Below, in pieces: positions 9,630 to 20,399 of a stretch of 64,000 nucleotides of DNA. The DNA comes from Opitutales bacterium (GTDB lineage Bacteria; Verrucomicrobiota; Verrucomicrobiia; Opitutales; JAJFLR01). Position numbers and translations under genes: made by a program. Each line of letters starts with the position of its first letter. Position 1 is the first letter of the stretch. The notes below the pieces were generated by a model that was not told the DNA's origin, did not search any database, and saw nothing but the letters and a program-made list of their open reading frames with translations. Where the stretch lies: NCBI GenBank assembly GCA_021772565.1, contig JAJFLR010000035.1:17621-81620 (forward strand), given 5' to 3'.

Positions 9630-11378
9630 TTACTTTGATTCGTTAGCCATTTCCTTTGTACAAAAATAAGATCCAATTACCAGAGTATCCATTTTAGTTC
9701 TTTGAAAACAATCAATTGCCTCTTTAGGAGTACAGACAATAGGCTCATTCTCATTAAAACTAGTATTGAGAATAATAGGAATTCCAGATTTTGATTCAAA
9801 TGATTTTATCAAATCATAGTAGAGTGGATTTTCTTCTCTGGAAACGGATTGCAAGCGGCCTGTATTATCCAAATGATTAACTGCACAAAGTTTATCACGC
9901 CACTCAGGTTTAATTTTATAGACATGCAGCATAAATGGTGATGGGTGATCATGCTCAAAAATTTCAGATTGTCTTTCAACCATTACAGATGGTGCAAACG
10001 GTCGAAACGACTCACGATGTTTAATTCTGGCATTAAGTACGTCTTTCATATCGGGTAATCCAGGATGTGACAAAATTGATCGACAACCAAGTGCTCTGGG
10101 ACCCCATTCCATATTTCCCTGAAACCATCCAATTACATTACCTTTAACGATTTCGTCTGTAGTTTCTTTTATCAAAGAATCACGATCCAGTTTTTGATAG
10201 ACAACACCTGCTTTATCAAGCTCTTCCTTGATGAAACTATCATCATAGCTGTTGCCTAGATATGCATTTTTCATCACGTGTCTTTTATTTTCTTTTAAGA
10301 CTACATTACTGACATATAGAGCTGCACCAACAGCCAGTCCATCGTCACCAGCAGCAGGATGAATAGCGGTTTCCTTAAATGGAGTTTTATCAAATATCAT
10401 ACCGTTAGCAACACTATTCAAAACGCAACCACCTGCTAAAACTAATCGGTCATTTGGAACTTTTTTGTACAATAAATTCAACAGATGAATATATGCTTCT
10501 TCAAATCTGGATTGAAGACCAAATGATATATCCATATCTCTTTTTGTAATTTCAGAGTGTCTTTCTCTTGGCTTGCCAAATATTTCTATCATATAATCAG
10601 AATAATGCCGAGACATTGAAATCGTTCCGTCTTCCTTAATATGCGTTCCCTGAGAATCACCAAACGGTAGAAAATATTTAGGATTTAAAGAGAAACCATC
10701 GTCAGTTAAATTTATCATATCCTGAAAATGTTCTTTATAGGTATTTTCTCCCAATGGAGCTAATCCCATAACTTTACCCTCGTCACCATAACGATCATAC
10801 CCGATAAATTCACAAACCATAGTATAAAATGAACCCATCGAATGTGGGACATATATTCTATGCTTAACATCAATTTCATTCCCCTTGCACTCACTCATCA
10901 TGCAAGTTACAAAATCTCCCGACCCATCTATTGTTATACTAGCAGCTGAATCCCAGTCTGTAGTAAAATAAGAACTGGCTGTATGTGCTAAATGGTGCTC
11001 AATATTGTGCTGACGAAATTTTAATTTATCCGGAGAAACATCACATGCTTTTGCTATGAGTGTTCTAACATCATCCAGCTTCTCTTTCCTTTTTTTCATT
11101 TTAACAAAATTGAGAAGTTTAGTTGGACGCTTGAGAACAAACTCTAATTTTTTATGCCTGTTTGCACTTGAATCACGCCCTATAGCCACTTCGTCAATAT
11201 CCTCAGCAGATAAACCAGCACTGCGCAGGCACTCACATATTGCTAAAGATGGAAATCCTCCATAATATTTCACCCTATTGAGTCGTTCTTCGGGAATGGC
11301 ACAAACTACTTTGCCATCAACAATAATAGCTGCCGATGCTGCAGCGTGAAATGAATTTAATCCTAATATATTACTCAT
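9630..11378 (-). CDS. Carbamoyltransferase (NodU/CmcH family)
   Basis: 582 aa. N-terminus ILGLNSFHAAASAAIIVDGKVVCAIPEERLNRVKYYGGFP and overall length are typical of NodU/CmcH O-carbamoyltransferases. Confidence 0.85.
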   Translation of the reverse strand: MSNILGLNSFHAAASAAIIVDGKVVCAIPEERLNRVKYYGGFPSLAICECLRSAGLSAEDIDEVAIGRDSSANRHKKLEFVLKRPTKLLNFVKMKKRKEKLDDVRTLIAKACDVSPDKLKFRQHNIEHHLAHTASSYFTTDWDSAASITIDGSGDFVTCMMSECKGNEIDVKHRIYVPHSMGSFYTMVCEFIGYDRYGDEGKVMGLAPLGENTYKEHFQDMINLTDDGFSLNPKYFLPFGDSQGTHIKEDGTISMSRHYSDYMIEIFGKPRERHSEITKRDMDISFGLQSRFEEAYIHLLNLLYKKVPNDRLVLAGGCVLNSVANGMIFDKTPFKETAIHPAAGDDGLAVGAALYVSNVVLKENKRHVMKNAYLGNSYDDSFIKEELDKAGVVYQKLDRDSLIKETTDEIVKGNVIGWFQGNMEWGPRALGCRSILSHPGLPDMKDVLNARIKHRESFRPFAPSVMVERQSEIFEHDHPSPFMLHVYKIKPEWRDKLCAVNHLDNTGRLQSVSREENPLYYDLIKSFESKSGIPIILNTSFNENEPIVCTPKEAIDCFQRTKMDTLVIGSYFCTKEMANESK

Positions 11379-11415
11379 AATTATTTAAATATACTTAATT
11401 ACTTTTTATTTTATT

Positions 11416-13560
11416 TCAATTTTTATTAGCTAACTCAATGGTTGTTCGACTAACTTCAAGAATTTCTTTGCAATTTATTGGAGAAGGATCCCCATTTTCA
11501 ATAGCATTACAGAATTGTAGCAATTCTTCATTATGTCCTTTGTCCATTTGTTTCGTTTTAAATTTGTTAAATTTGCTACATCCAAATCCGGTTAAAGTTC
11601 GAAAATTGTCTAAATGCATAATTCTGCCACCACAAAAAATATCAACTCGTTCCTTAGGAAAACTCTTATGACCATTTGCTAAATACTGTATTGAAGCATG
11701 TGAGCCATTTTCAAACTCAAGTTGAATAAAAGCTGTATCCTTCAAATTATTTCCACTACCGGAAAGATAAGTGATATGCGAATCTGATATTTCTGAACCT
11801 GCTAAATAACGTGCTAAATCTATGAAGTGACAGCCCTCTCCTAAAATTCTCCCTCCACCAATCTGACGATCATGGTTCCAATGATCAGCCGGTATCATAC
11901 CTGCATTGATTGTCATAACAATTGATTTTTGACTACTTAAATTTCCTATGACCTCTTGGATTTTATTAATATGAGGGGAAAAACGACGATTAAATCCAAC
12001 CATTAGACGCGGAGGTGAATCAGTGGATTTTGTTATGTTTCTATAAGCTGATTTAATTTCATCCAACTCTTCAATTGTTAAACAAAGTGGTTTTTCAACA
12101 AATACATTTTTACCGCTATTCAAAGCATCAATAACATATTTGGCATGTGTATTATGACGTGTAGTAACAACAATCGTGTTGATCTCATCATCAACAAAAA
12201 CAGTTTGTGCATCAGTCGTGGAATTTTGAAAACCAAACTTTTTACCCAAATGAGTACCACTCACACCAGTTCCGGAAACAATAGTTTTTAAAACCGCTCC
12301 AGTTTTCTGCAATGCCGGTAATAAAACTTGACCCGTAAAATTTCCCGCACCAATCAGACCGATTACTGGTTTTTGTGGTGGGTAATTTATTGGAATATTC
12401 GATTGATTAAGTTTTACTGATTTAGAAAATTCAGTATTTTTTTCCCCACTATTAGCAGGTGGATATTCCAAAATTATCCCTAACGCCTTACCGCCACTCA
12501 CAATTTCATAACCTTCAAGAGCGTCCGCAATTTTAAATTTATGTGATATGAGTGATTTAACATCTAATTTGTTACTGGCTAGCAACTGTAATGATGCTTC
12601 AAAATTTCGTTGTTCAGTCCAGCGCACATATCCAAAAGGATAATCGTTACCTTTACTTTCAAAACTATCATCATATCGCCCAGGTCCATAGGAGCAGCTT
12701 ACCTGAAAAGAGATTTCTTTTTCATAAAAATCAGCACGATTTAACTCAAGTCCTATCATACCTACCAGAACAATTCGTCCCCTTTTTCGACACATTTGTG
12801 CAGCATGTGAAACAGGTTCACTACTTTTAGTTGATGCCGTTATGAGTACACCATCTACACCCCGTCCATTCGTCATAGTTTCACTAGCCAATAATGCATT
12901 CTCGCCCTTTGAAAGATCGACTGTTTCAGCTCCGAATTGTTGAGCTAATTGACATTTTTCAGTATCAAAATCAATTCCCAAAACACGACAGCCATTAGCT
13001 ATCAATATCTGAGTTGCCAATAATCCTATCAAGCCAAGACCGGTAACAACAAAAGTTTCACCAATTGTTGGTTGTAGCAATCGTATCCCCTGTAATCCTA
13101 TAGATGAAGGTACGGCAAAAGCAGCTTCATCAAATGTCACCCCATCAGGGATTTTTGCAGCCAAGTTTTTTGCCACACAGACGAATTCAGCATGTGGACC
13201 ATTTGTAAGAACTCGGTCACCAATCTCAAATCCATTTGTATTATTACCAACTTCCAAAATATAACCAGAATTGCAATAGCCCAACGGTATTGGTTGATCT
13301 AATTTAGATTTAACAGCCTGAACCGTTGGTATTAATCCATCGGTTTTAATTTTCTGTAAAACTTGCTTAACTTTTTCCGGTTGCTTACGAGCTTTATCAA
13401 TTAAATTTGCTTTACCAAAATCAACCAGTATCTTTTCGGTGCCCAACGAAACCAAAGAGCGTTGGCTTTGAATCAGAAGATGACCTGAATGCACTTGAGG
13501 TATCGGTAATTCAGCAAGTATTGTCTCTCCTGAACCAAGATTTTGTAGTATTTGTTTCAC
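11416..13560 (-). CDS. Bi-domain oxidoreductase (zinc-ADH/MDR-like N-terminal domain fused to Gfo/Idh/MocA domain)
   Basis: 714 aa. MDR part: GYCNSGYILEVGNNTNGFEIGDRV and Rossmann VTGLGLIGLLATQILIANGCRVLGIDF. Second Rossmann IGLIGAGNFTGQVLLPAL and the VFVEKPLCLT (EKP) motif are typical of Gfo/Idh/MocA. Confidence 0.8.
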   Translation of the reverse strand: MKQILQNLGSGETILAELPIPQVHSGHLLIQSQRSLVSLGTEKILVDFGKANLIDKARKQPEKVKQVLQKIKTDGLIPTVQAVKSKLDQPIPLGYCNSGYILEVGNNTNGFEIGDRVLTNGPHAEFVCVAKNLAAKIPDGVTFDEAAFAVPSSIGLQGIRLLQPTIGETFVVTGLGLIGLLATQILIANGCRVLGIDFDTEKCQLAQQFGAETVDLSKGENALLASETMTNGRGVDGVLITASTKSSEPVSHAAQMCRKRGRIVLVGMIGLELNRADFYEKEISFQVSCSYGPGRYDDSFESKGNDYPFGYVRWTEQRNFEASLQLLASNKLDVKSLISHKFKIADALEGYEIVSGGKALGIILEYPPANSGEKNTEFSKSVKLNQSNIPINYPPQKPVIGLIGAGNFTGQVLLPALQKTGAVLKTIVSGTGVSGTHLGKKFGFQNSTTDAQTVFVDDEINTIVVTTRHNTHAKYVIDALNSGKNVFVEKPLCLTIEELDEIKSAYRNITKSTDSPPRLMVGFNRRFSPHINKIQEVIGNLSSQKSIVMTINAGMIPADHWNHDRQIGGGRILGEGCHFIDLARYLAGSEISDSHITYLSGSGNNLKDTAFIQLEFENGSHASIQYLANGHKSFPKERVDIFCGGRIMHLDNFRTLTGFGCSKFNKFKTKQMDKGHNEELLQFCNAIENGDPSPINCKEILEVSRTTIELANKN

Positions 13561-13645
13561 AAAAAAAGTCAGATTAAAATTATTTTGATACTTTTAAAAA
13601 CAGTCTTCAATTTAAGAAGCAATTTTATAGAATATATAGATATTT

Positions 13646-14386
13646 CTACTCCTGCCCCACAAATGAACTTACTTGTTCAATAGGAATAAACCATACATCA
13701 CCTTTACCGCTATAATTACAGGCTTTAATTTGAACCCAAGTATTGTTGTTATCATGTTGATAACTGCCATATTTCAGATTTGAAAAAAAATCAAATACTT
13801 CTTCAGGTTTGTATTTGTAACGCTGACAATATTCTTCATAAAGTTCCACAAATAATAGCGGTCTGTGCTTACTTATAAGCTGACTTGCACCTCTTAAGGC
13901 AAATAACTCAGCACCTTCTATATCTATCTTAATAAATCGTACTTTACCGTCGACTTGATTTAATAAATCATCAAGCCTAGTCCCATCAACAGAAACTGTT
14001 TCCATTGCATTTTCACCGGGTGCTTTTATATGTATTCTTCCTGTTAAACGTAGCCCTTTATTATTTCGACATACAATTTGAATTTGTTTTATTTCATCCA
14101 ATACCGCTTTATTTATTAGCTCAACGTTTGATAGTCCAAGTATTCGTAGTGTTAACTTAAGTACTCGATAATAATATGGTAATGCCTCAATTGCATATAC
14201 TTTACCATTAGGCACTAACCGTGATAAAATAACTGTCCAGGAACCCCCATGTGCTCCGATATCAATTAATATATCTGTGGACTTTATATATGGTACTAAC
14301 AATTTTGCATCTGAAACCGAATACTGATTAAAGCGATGTCGTTTTGCCCAAACAAACGAATGTAATATTTCCTTTAGACTAAACAT
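13646..14386 (-). CDS. FkbM-family methyltransferase
   Basis: 246 aa. SAM-binding LIDIGAHGGSWTVIL and FIKIDIEGAELFALRG are typical of FkbM-type methyltransferases. Confidence 0.7.
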   Translation of the reverse strand: MFSLKEILHSFVWAKRHRFNQYSVSDAKLLVPYIKSTDILIDIGAHGGSWTVILSRLVPNGKVYAIEALPYYYRVLKLTLRILGLSNVELINKAVLDEIKQIQIVCRNNKGLRLTGRIHIKAPGENAMETVSVDGTRLDDLLNQVDGKVRFIKIDIEGAELFALRGASQLISKHRPLLFVELYEEYCQRYKYKPEEVFDFFSNLKYGSYQHDNNNTWVQIKACNYSGKGDVWFIPIEQVSSFVGQE

Positions 14387-14505
14387 ATATAATAATTATG
14401 TAATTTTCTTACCTGATAGTATAAATTCATCAATCATTTAAACAGGTAATGATTGATTTTAATTACGCTAGTGTTAATGGTGAAATTATGTCAATCGAAA
14501 ATAGG

Positions 14506-15642
14506 TCATCTCACATTTAATGAGATGTTAATAGCATTATCAAATGAAGTTACCATATTTTCAATAGATACTCCATTAAGTATTGTTTCTTTCGCTTTAC
14601 TGCCAACACTTTTTAACAAGTTGCTACTAGGGATGATCTCTATCAACTTTTTCGAAAAACTTTCAATTGTACATTCATCAGTAAAAAATCCAGTTTCTCC
14701 ATCTTTTATTAACTCTAATTCAGGACATACTTCTGGTATTGATAATACCGGCTTCCCATGAGCCATAGCTTCAATCACACCCAATCCTGCACCTCCATAC
14801 GATAAGTATAAATCAAACATTTGGAACACTCCCATTTCATCACCAACAGGTACATCATGAATAAAATAGATATTATTTTTACAAATTAATGAACTAGCAA
14901 GAGCCACTAGATTTTGGCGTTCTGGACCATCACCTGCTATTATCAAAACAGTATTATTTAATCCATTATCACATGTTTGAGCATAAGATCTAATAATATT
15001 ATTAACTTGTTTTTTCGGGGTAAGTTGCCCTAAGTAACCCACTACTTTTCGGTTACCAATTGATAAACTTTTTTTGAATTTATAACTTTTTTCAATAGCT
15101 AAGTTTCTATTTTTTATAATATACCCAGTATCAATAGTATTTTGGGCTACAGTGACTTTATCAGACTGAAAGCCCAAATCAAAAAAATATTTCAAAGAAC
15201 TATCTCCATATACAATCAACGCGTCACATAATGATATAATAAATTTTTTATACATTCTTGTTATTGCCCTTCTCCCCAATCCTTTAAAAGATAAGCCCTT
15301 GCTCCAACCTATACATTTTATGCCCAACATTTTAGCTCTAAGCAAAAGCAAAGGATTGGAAATTATAGGCCATGTCATTTCAAAAACCATAGCAACATAA
15401 TTATTCATTCTTAGATTAATATTCCGTTGAATAATATACTGATCTCCAATCCAAATATTATTTATCTTATGAATTTTAAATTTCATCCCCTCTTTTATTG
15501 ATGGTAACCCAGAATGCGCAATACCCGGATGTAATCCAACTTGAAAATCCCAATTATATTTGGAATTTTCATATAAACAATTATAAAGAGGAACTCTATA
15601 GTGAGGAAGATAACGTTGTATTAACACTGCATTTTTTTTCAT
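14506..15642 (-). CDS. Glycosyltransferase family 4
   Basis: 378 aa. C-terminal GT-B signature GGAGLGVIEAMAHGKPVLS (E..G....EAMA.G.PV). Confidence 0.7.
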   Translation of the reverse strand: MKKNAVLIQRYLPHYRVPLYNCLYENSKYNWDFQVGLHPGIAHSGLPSIKEGMKFKIHKINNIWIGDQYIIQRNINLRMNNYVAMVFEMTWPIISNPLLLLRAKMLGIKCIGWSKGLSFKGLGRRAITRMYKKFIISLCDALIVYGDSSLKYFFDLGFQSDKVTVAQNTIDTGYIIKNRNLAIEKSYKFKKSLSIGNRKVVGYLGQLTPKKQVNNIIRSYAQTCDNGLNNTVLIIAGDGPERQNLVALASSLICKNNIYFIHDVPVGDEMGVFQMFDLYLSYGGAGLGVIEAMAHGKPVLSIPEVCPELELIKDGETGFFTDECTIESFSKKLIEIIPSSNLLKSVGSKAKETILNGVSIENMVTSFDNAINISLNVR

Positions 15643-15669
15643 ACTTCAATAAAAAAAATATTAAATTTA

Positions 15670-16875
15670 TTATTGTTGAAATTGCAAATTCTTCTTAAGT
15701 TTAATTGCCTTTGAATATTCATTGATGCATTTCTTGGCAATTTTATCCCAAGTATAAAACGTCGAAGTAAATTGCTGAGCCCTATGACATAATTTATTTT
15801 GTAAATTTTTATTTGTTAATACTTCCATATAAATAGAAGCCAATTCATCTTTACTATTACCACATTCAATTAAAGCTTCAGATTCAACGGCTTTAGACAT
15901 ATGACAACCTACACCGACTATAGTTGGCACACCTAAAGCCATTCCTTCTAATATGGCAATTGACATGCCCTCTCTGCTAGAAACATAGCTAAAAATTGTT
16001 GATTCAAGTAACGCTTCAATTTTATCAGATTCATTTAGATATCCACACCAATAAATTTTATTTCCAATTTTTGCTTTTTTAATAATAACATCAATTTTTT
16101 TTACATATGAAGGACATTGATTTCTATCCCCTGCAATAATTAAAATCACATCAGGAATCTGAGACTGAATTTCATTGAAAGCATTTATGAGCAAATCTAA
16201 TTGTTTTATCGGGTGAATCCTACCAATATAAAAAATAAATCTCTTATCTGCACTTATATTAAATCGTTCTCTAAATGTATTATTTTTATAAAGATTCCTA
16301 GTGCCACATAAATTAGTGCCATTAGAAATTTCTATAAGAGGAACTTTAACATTATAGTGCCGTAACTGCTTCAACTCATCATTATTGCAAACAAAAACGC
16401 CAGAAGACGCATTCATATTAGGGACTTCTATCGTAGGAATATACAAAGATTTTTTCAAACGTTTAATTAGCCCCATTTTAATTAGTACCGGATCATAGCA
16501 GCCATGTGTATGAAAAAATGTTGGCACTCCAAGTAACTTGCAAGCGTTAGCAGCGTAACGATTAAACGACAGGTAATTACAATGAGAATGAATAACATCA
16601 AACTTATTTGCATTCTTCATTAATGATTCTTTTAAATCTGTGGATGAAAAATCAGGAAAAAAAATCCCATTATAATAATTTATAACTAGTCCATTAATAA
16701 TTCTTGGTTTATCGAGTGGGACATTTATTTTATCAGACCCATTAATATTTGTAGTATAGACTTCTACAGCATGTCCGCAAGCAACTTGAGCAATACCCAA
16801 TTCAAAAACAACCTTAGAAATTCCACCCCTGAAATTATCAGGAACAAGACTATAAACAATGTGCAATATTTTCAC
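15670..16875 (-). CDS. Glycosyltransferase family 4
   Basis: 401 aa. N-terminus MKILHIVYSLVPDNFRGGISKVVFELG. C-terminal SREGMSIAILEGMALGVPTIV. Confidence 0.8.
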   Translation of the reverse strand: MKILHIVYSLVPDNFRGGISKVVFELGIAQVACGHAVEVYTTNINGSDKINVPLDKPRIINGLVINYYNGIFFPDFSSTDLKESLMKNANKFDVIHSHCNYLSFNRYAANACKLLGVPTFFHTHGCYDPVLIKMGLIKRLKKSLYIPTIEVPNMNASSGVFVCNNDELKQLRHYNVKVPLIEISNGTNLCGTRNLYKNNTFRERFNISADKRFIFYIGRIHPIKQLDLLINAFNEIQSQIPDVILIIAGDRNQCPSYVKKIDVIIKKAKIGNKIYWCGYLNESDKIEALLESTIFSYVSSREGMSIAILEGMALGVPTIVGVGCHMSKAVESEALIECGNSKDELASIYMEVLTNKNLQNKLCHRAQQFTSTFYTWDKIAKKCINEYSKAIKLKKNLQFQQ

Positions 16876-16881
16876 CTAAAA

Positions 16882-17814
16882 CTATGATTTTTCACTAAAT
16901 TGAACTAATTGCTTTAACCCATTTTCTAATGAGAAAATCGAAGAAAAACCTAAAACATTTTTAGCTAAAGAAACATCAGCCAACGAATGCCTTACATCAC
17001 CTAAACGCTCATCACAAAATGAAATATCAGATTTACTACTTGGATAATTTTTTTTAAGTGCATTAAAAAGATCCAATAATGATTTACTTTTACCTGTTGC
17101 TATATTGCACGATAAGTTATTTGCGTTAGTAAAATTATGTAACAATGCCTTATAAAATGCTGAAGCAACATCTTTAACATATATAAAGTCTCTTGTCTGG
17201 TACCCATCACCATAGACTTTAACAGGCAATCCTTTTCTTATTAAATCTATGAAAATTGAAATTACTCCGGAATATGGTGAACTTGCAACCTGCCGAGGGC
17301 CAAATACATTAAATAATCGTAAACCAATAAAAGTTAAATTTGATTTCTGACTGAACAATCTTGCATATTCTTCGCTAACAAATTTTTGTAATCCATAAGG
17401 AGCAATGGTATGTCCAGCAGAAACTTCATTTATTGGTAATTTATTCTGATTGCCATAAACAGCAGCTGAACTAGCAAATACCAAGCGTTTAATATTAAGT
17501 TTCATACAAAGTCCAACCACATGTAGTGTAGTGGTCAAATTATTATCATGCGCACCTAGCGGATTTGACCACGAATCAGTAACTGAAGGTGTTGCCGCCA
17601 AATGAGCAATCCCGTCAACCGGCTTTGAAAAAATCTGTGGATCACAGGCTAATATATTTTCTTCAATAAAATTAATATTTTTATGTTTGGGCAAATTATC
17701 TCTAAATCCTGAGCAAAGATTATCTACGACCGTAACTTCATGACCATCACCAATAAGTGCCTCCGTTAGATGAGACCCAATAAATCCAGCTCCACCTGTA
17801 ACAATGAAATGCAT
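16882..17814 (-). CDS. NAD-dependent nucleotide-sugar epimerase/dehydratase (GalE/WbpP-like)
   Basis: 310 aa. MHFIVTGGAGFIGSHLTEAL Rossmann motif and catalytic YxxxK in APYGLQKFVSEEY. Confidence 0.85.
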   Translation of the reverse strand: MHFIVTGGAGFIGSHLTEALIGDGHEVTVVDNLCSGFRDNLPKHKNINFIEENILACDPQIFSKPVDGIAHLAATPSVTDSWSNPLGAHDNNLTTTLHVVGLCMKLNIKRLVFASSAAVYGNQNKLPINEVSAGHTIAPYGLQKFVSEEYARLFSQKSNLTFIGLRLFNVFGPRQVASSPYSGVISIFIDLIRKGLPVKVYGDGYQTRDFIYVKDVASAFYKALLHNFTNANNLSCNIATGKSKSLLDLFNALKKNYPSSKSDISFCDERLGDVRHSLADVSLAKNVLGFSSIFSLENGLKQLVQFSEKS

Positions 17815-17851
17815 AAAACTTAAGTGTTGATCCTATCAGCTAGTCGAAAAT

Positions 17852-19282
17852 TCATAATTGATAATTCATTCTTCTATTAAATCTTGGTACCCTATTATGG
17901 TAAATATTACGATTCATGATAGGTACAGAGAAATCGCTAGTAAATTGATTAAATAATATTTGGATTCCCTTTGCAATAATTAATGTGACAATCAATACAT
18001 CAAAACCATTCCCTCTACAAAACGCAATCCACTGACTAATAAAAAACAGAAAAACCCCTTTTTTAAAACCTAATCCGGATTCAATTTCATTTACACAATT
18101 ATAATAATATTTATTGAAAAAATAAAATAGAAAAAATAAAAATAGAAATCCAAAATAATAGAAATTCCAAAATGCTTCAGTATAGATATTCACGGGAAAA
18201 GATCCTCCAACTGAACGAAACCAAGGGCTATGAACACTGGTAAACAAATCAATCATACTAGAAGGTTTTCCTGGATACATTGAACGTGGAATTGGTATAA
18301 AAATAATTTTGTAAAAAGTAGAGCCATAAGATAGTAAATCTAAATCATCTAACACATAAGCAATCCCAGTGTATGAATGAACATATGCTGTTGATACTTC
18401 AATATTAACAAAAAAGTTAGTATAAAAATCATCTTTGGCCATATAATCATCAACATATGTCATAGCTTTAAAGAAATTTTTTGTTTCAAAATTTCCATAA
18501 CCACGAATAATTGACATTACTATGATTAGGTACAATCCCATTGCCACAGTCATTGAACCAATTAAAATATTTTTAAACCTTATTTTATCTATTACAATAT
18601 TATTATAAATTGATTCTAAGAATATAATTGGGACAAACAATAAAATGGCCTCCCTTTTATTACCCCATCTTAATACTGAAAATAAAACTAATATTAATAA
18701 ATAATACCACCACCTATTCTTATATTTTTTTTTGGCCAATATATTAATTAAATACGATGCCCCCATTGTCATTGGTATAATAGAATAATTACCAGCCCCG
18801 CCAATAAATGATAAATTTACTGGAACAATAGAAAATACTATTAAAAGAATTATCGGTAACTTAATATCAAAGTTAGTTTGTTCAAAATATTCATTATTAT
18901 GAAAATAAAATTTCACATAGCAAACTATTGAAGACAAGAAAACAACATAGCTTGATAAAATTATTATAAATGTAACAATTTTAAGTTTATGCTGAGCGTT
19001 ATACATAAGACTGGTCCACTGATCTGGGACATAATCCAAAGAAACAGCATATGACCCTAATGAGAAACTAATTATCGTATAAAATAAACATAAAAACGCT
19101 GGTGAAAAATAGAAAACGTTACCAACAGAAAGTCTTCTAGCATCAATAATAAAAGAAACTATTTGTGCCAAAAATAAATAAGGCACTATTTTCACCAATA
19201 TACTTATTGGTAAAAATAATACAAATGTAAGAGATAGTATTAAATGTATAATTGAAGTTATTGATTTAATATTATTATTCAT
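17852..19282 (-). CDS. Repeat-unit (O-antigen/EPS) polymerase, Wzy-like (contextual call)
   Basis: 476 aa, almost entirely F/Y/I/L-rich hydrophobic segments (about 10-12 helices by eye). It is the most AT-rich part of the locus and sits among glycosyltransferases. Wzy proteins lack strong motifs, so the call is contextual. Confidence 0.55.
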   Translation of the reverse strand: MNNNIKSITSIIHLILSLTFVLFLPISILVKIVPYLFLAQIVSFIIDARRLSVGNVFYFSPAFLCLFYTIISFSLGSYAVSLDYVPDQWTSLMYNAQHKLKIVTFIIILSSYVVFLSSIVCYVKFYFHNNEYFEQTNFDIKLPIILLIVFSIVPVNLSFIGGAGNYSIIPMTMGASYLINILAKKKYKNRWWYYLLILVLFSVLRWGNKREAILLFVPIIFLESIYNNIVIDKIRFKNILIGSMTVAMGLYLIIVMSIIRGYGNFETKNFFKAMTYVDDYMAKDDFYTNFFVNIEVSTAYVHSYTGIAYVLDDLDLLSYGSTFYKIIFIPIPRSMYPGKPSSMIDLFTSVHSPWFRSVGGSFPVNIYTEAFWNFYYFGFLFLFFLFYFFNKYYYNCVNEIESGLGFKKGVFLFFISQWIAFCRGNGFDVLIVTLIIAKGIQILFNQFTSDFSVPIMNRNIYHNRVPRFNRRMNYQL

Positions 19283-19335
19283 ACTCCTCGATTGTATTTA
19301 AAAATTAATATCATAAATATGAAAACTTAATATAT

Positions 19336-20358
19336 TTATTTAAAAAGAATATCAGCGTATTTACTTGTCATCACTTTTTCAGAAAAATATGTTTCCGCAT
19401 GTATTCTGGCCTTATTACTAGCTTTATCTAATCTATTAATCATTAGTTTAAGTCCTTTAACTATTCCTTTAGGGCACTGCAAATCTAAATTCCACGGATC
19501 TCCATTATATTTAACTAATTCGCTAGTGATACCTGGTGCTAGTTCATGCAAGGATCCAGTATCATAACCAACTATTGGCAATCCGCTTGCCATCGCTTCA
19601 ATAACTGAATTTGGGCAAGGCGGATTAATTTCGAGACAAAGAAAAATATCTGCTTCTCGGTAAATTTGCGGCATCAATTCTCTTTTTACTTTTCCTCTAA
19701 TATCAATACCTGAATGCTTCTGCAATCTAACTTTTTGATCAGCATTAATATGGCCAACAATTATAATTTTTTGTAGTTCATCAGGAACTAAATACTTTGA
19801 AATAACTTCAATCAAATCAATTGCACCAGTCCCAGGTTGAACAACTCCTTCAACACATAATAAAACAGGTTTTTTATTATGATGTAATTTTGTACGATTC
19901 ATAATATCTAATTTAGTACCATTGCAAACAATATGTTCATCACATGAGGCTTGCCCATATATTCTATGCCACCAATCTTTGATAAATTTACTTTGATAAA
20001 TTACCGCATCAACTAAATAATTACGAATAAATCGTAATTGTTGGTTTCGAATTCTTCCTATTAAACGCTTTTTAAAATTGTGAGGAGGAAGAAGCTCACG
20101 CCAATTAATTCCATCTAATCGTTGAACTATTCGCACACCTTTTTTCCTACATCGCCATAACCATAATATTCTTTTTGTACCAGAAACAACTAGTACTGCA
20201 TCAGGCCATCTATAGTTACTATCAACTATACGCACCCCATATCTTGAAATATTTGAAGATAACAATTTTTGAAAAGTACCCGGCCCGCCGATAGGAGGTG
20301 GTGGATGCGGAAAACCTAAAGTTAATGTCTGACTATTTGATATTTTATTATTGTTCAC
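19336..20358 (-). CDS. Glycosyltransferase family 4
   Basis: 340 aa. C-terminal CPNSVIEAMASGLPIVGYDTGS signature. Confidence 0.7.
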   Translation of the reverse strand: MNNNKISNSQTLTLGFPHPPPPIGGPGTFQKLLSSNISRYGVRIVDSNYRWPDAVLVVSGTKRILWLWRCRKKGVRIVQRLDGINWRELLPPHNFKKRLIGRIRNQQLRFIRNYLVDAVIYQSKFIKDWWHRIYGQASCDEHIVCNGTKLDIMNRTKLHHNKKPVLLCVEGVVQPGTGAIDLIEVISKYLVPDELQKIIIVGHINADQKVRLQKHSGIDIRGKVKRELMPQIYREADIFLCLEINPPCPNSVIEAMASGLPIVGYDTGSLHELAPGITSELVKYNGDPWNLDLQCPKGIVKGLKLMINRLDKASNKARIHAETYFSEKVMTSKYADILFK

Positions 20359-20399
20359 TAATTAAATTTGTTTGTTTAAGCACACTGTGCATATTTTCG

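Noticed and set aside
14429-14457. Perfect 10-bp inverted repeat ATCAATCATT/AATGATTGAT with a 9-nt loop in the spacer between a GT4 gene and the FkbM gene
   Set aside because: The stem is AT-rich. My rough estimate is that about three such 10-bp inverted repeats arise by chance in 64 kb of this composition. No convincing T run follows on the transcribed (minus) strand.
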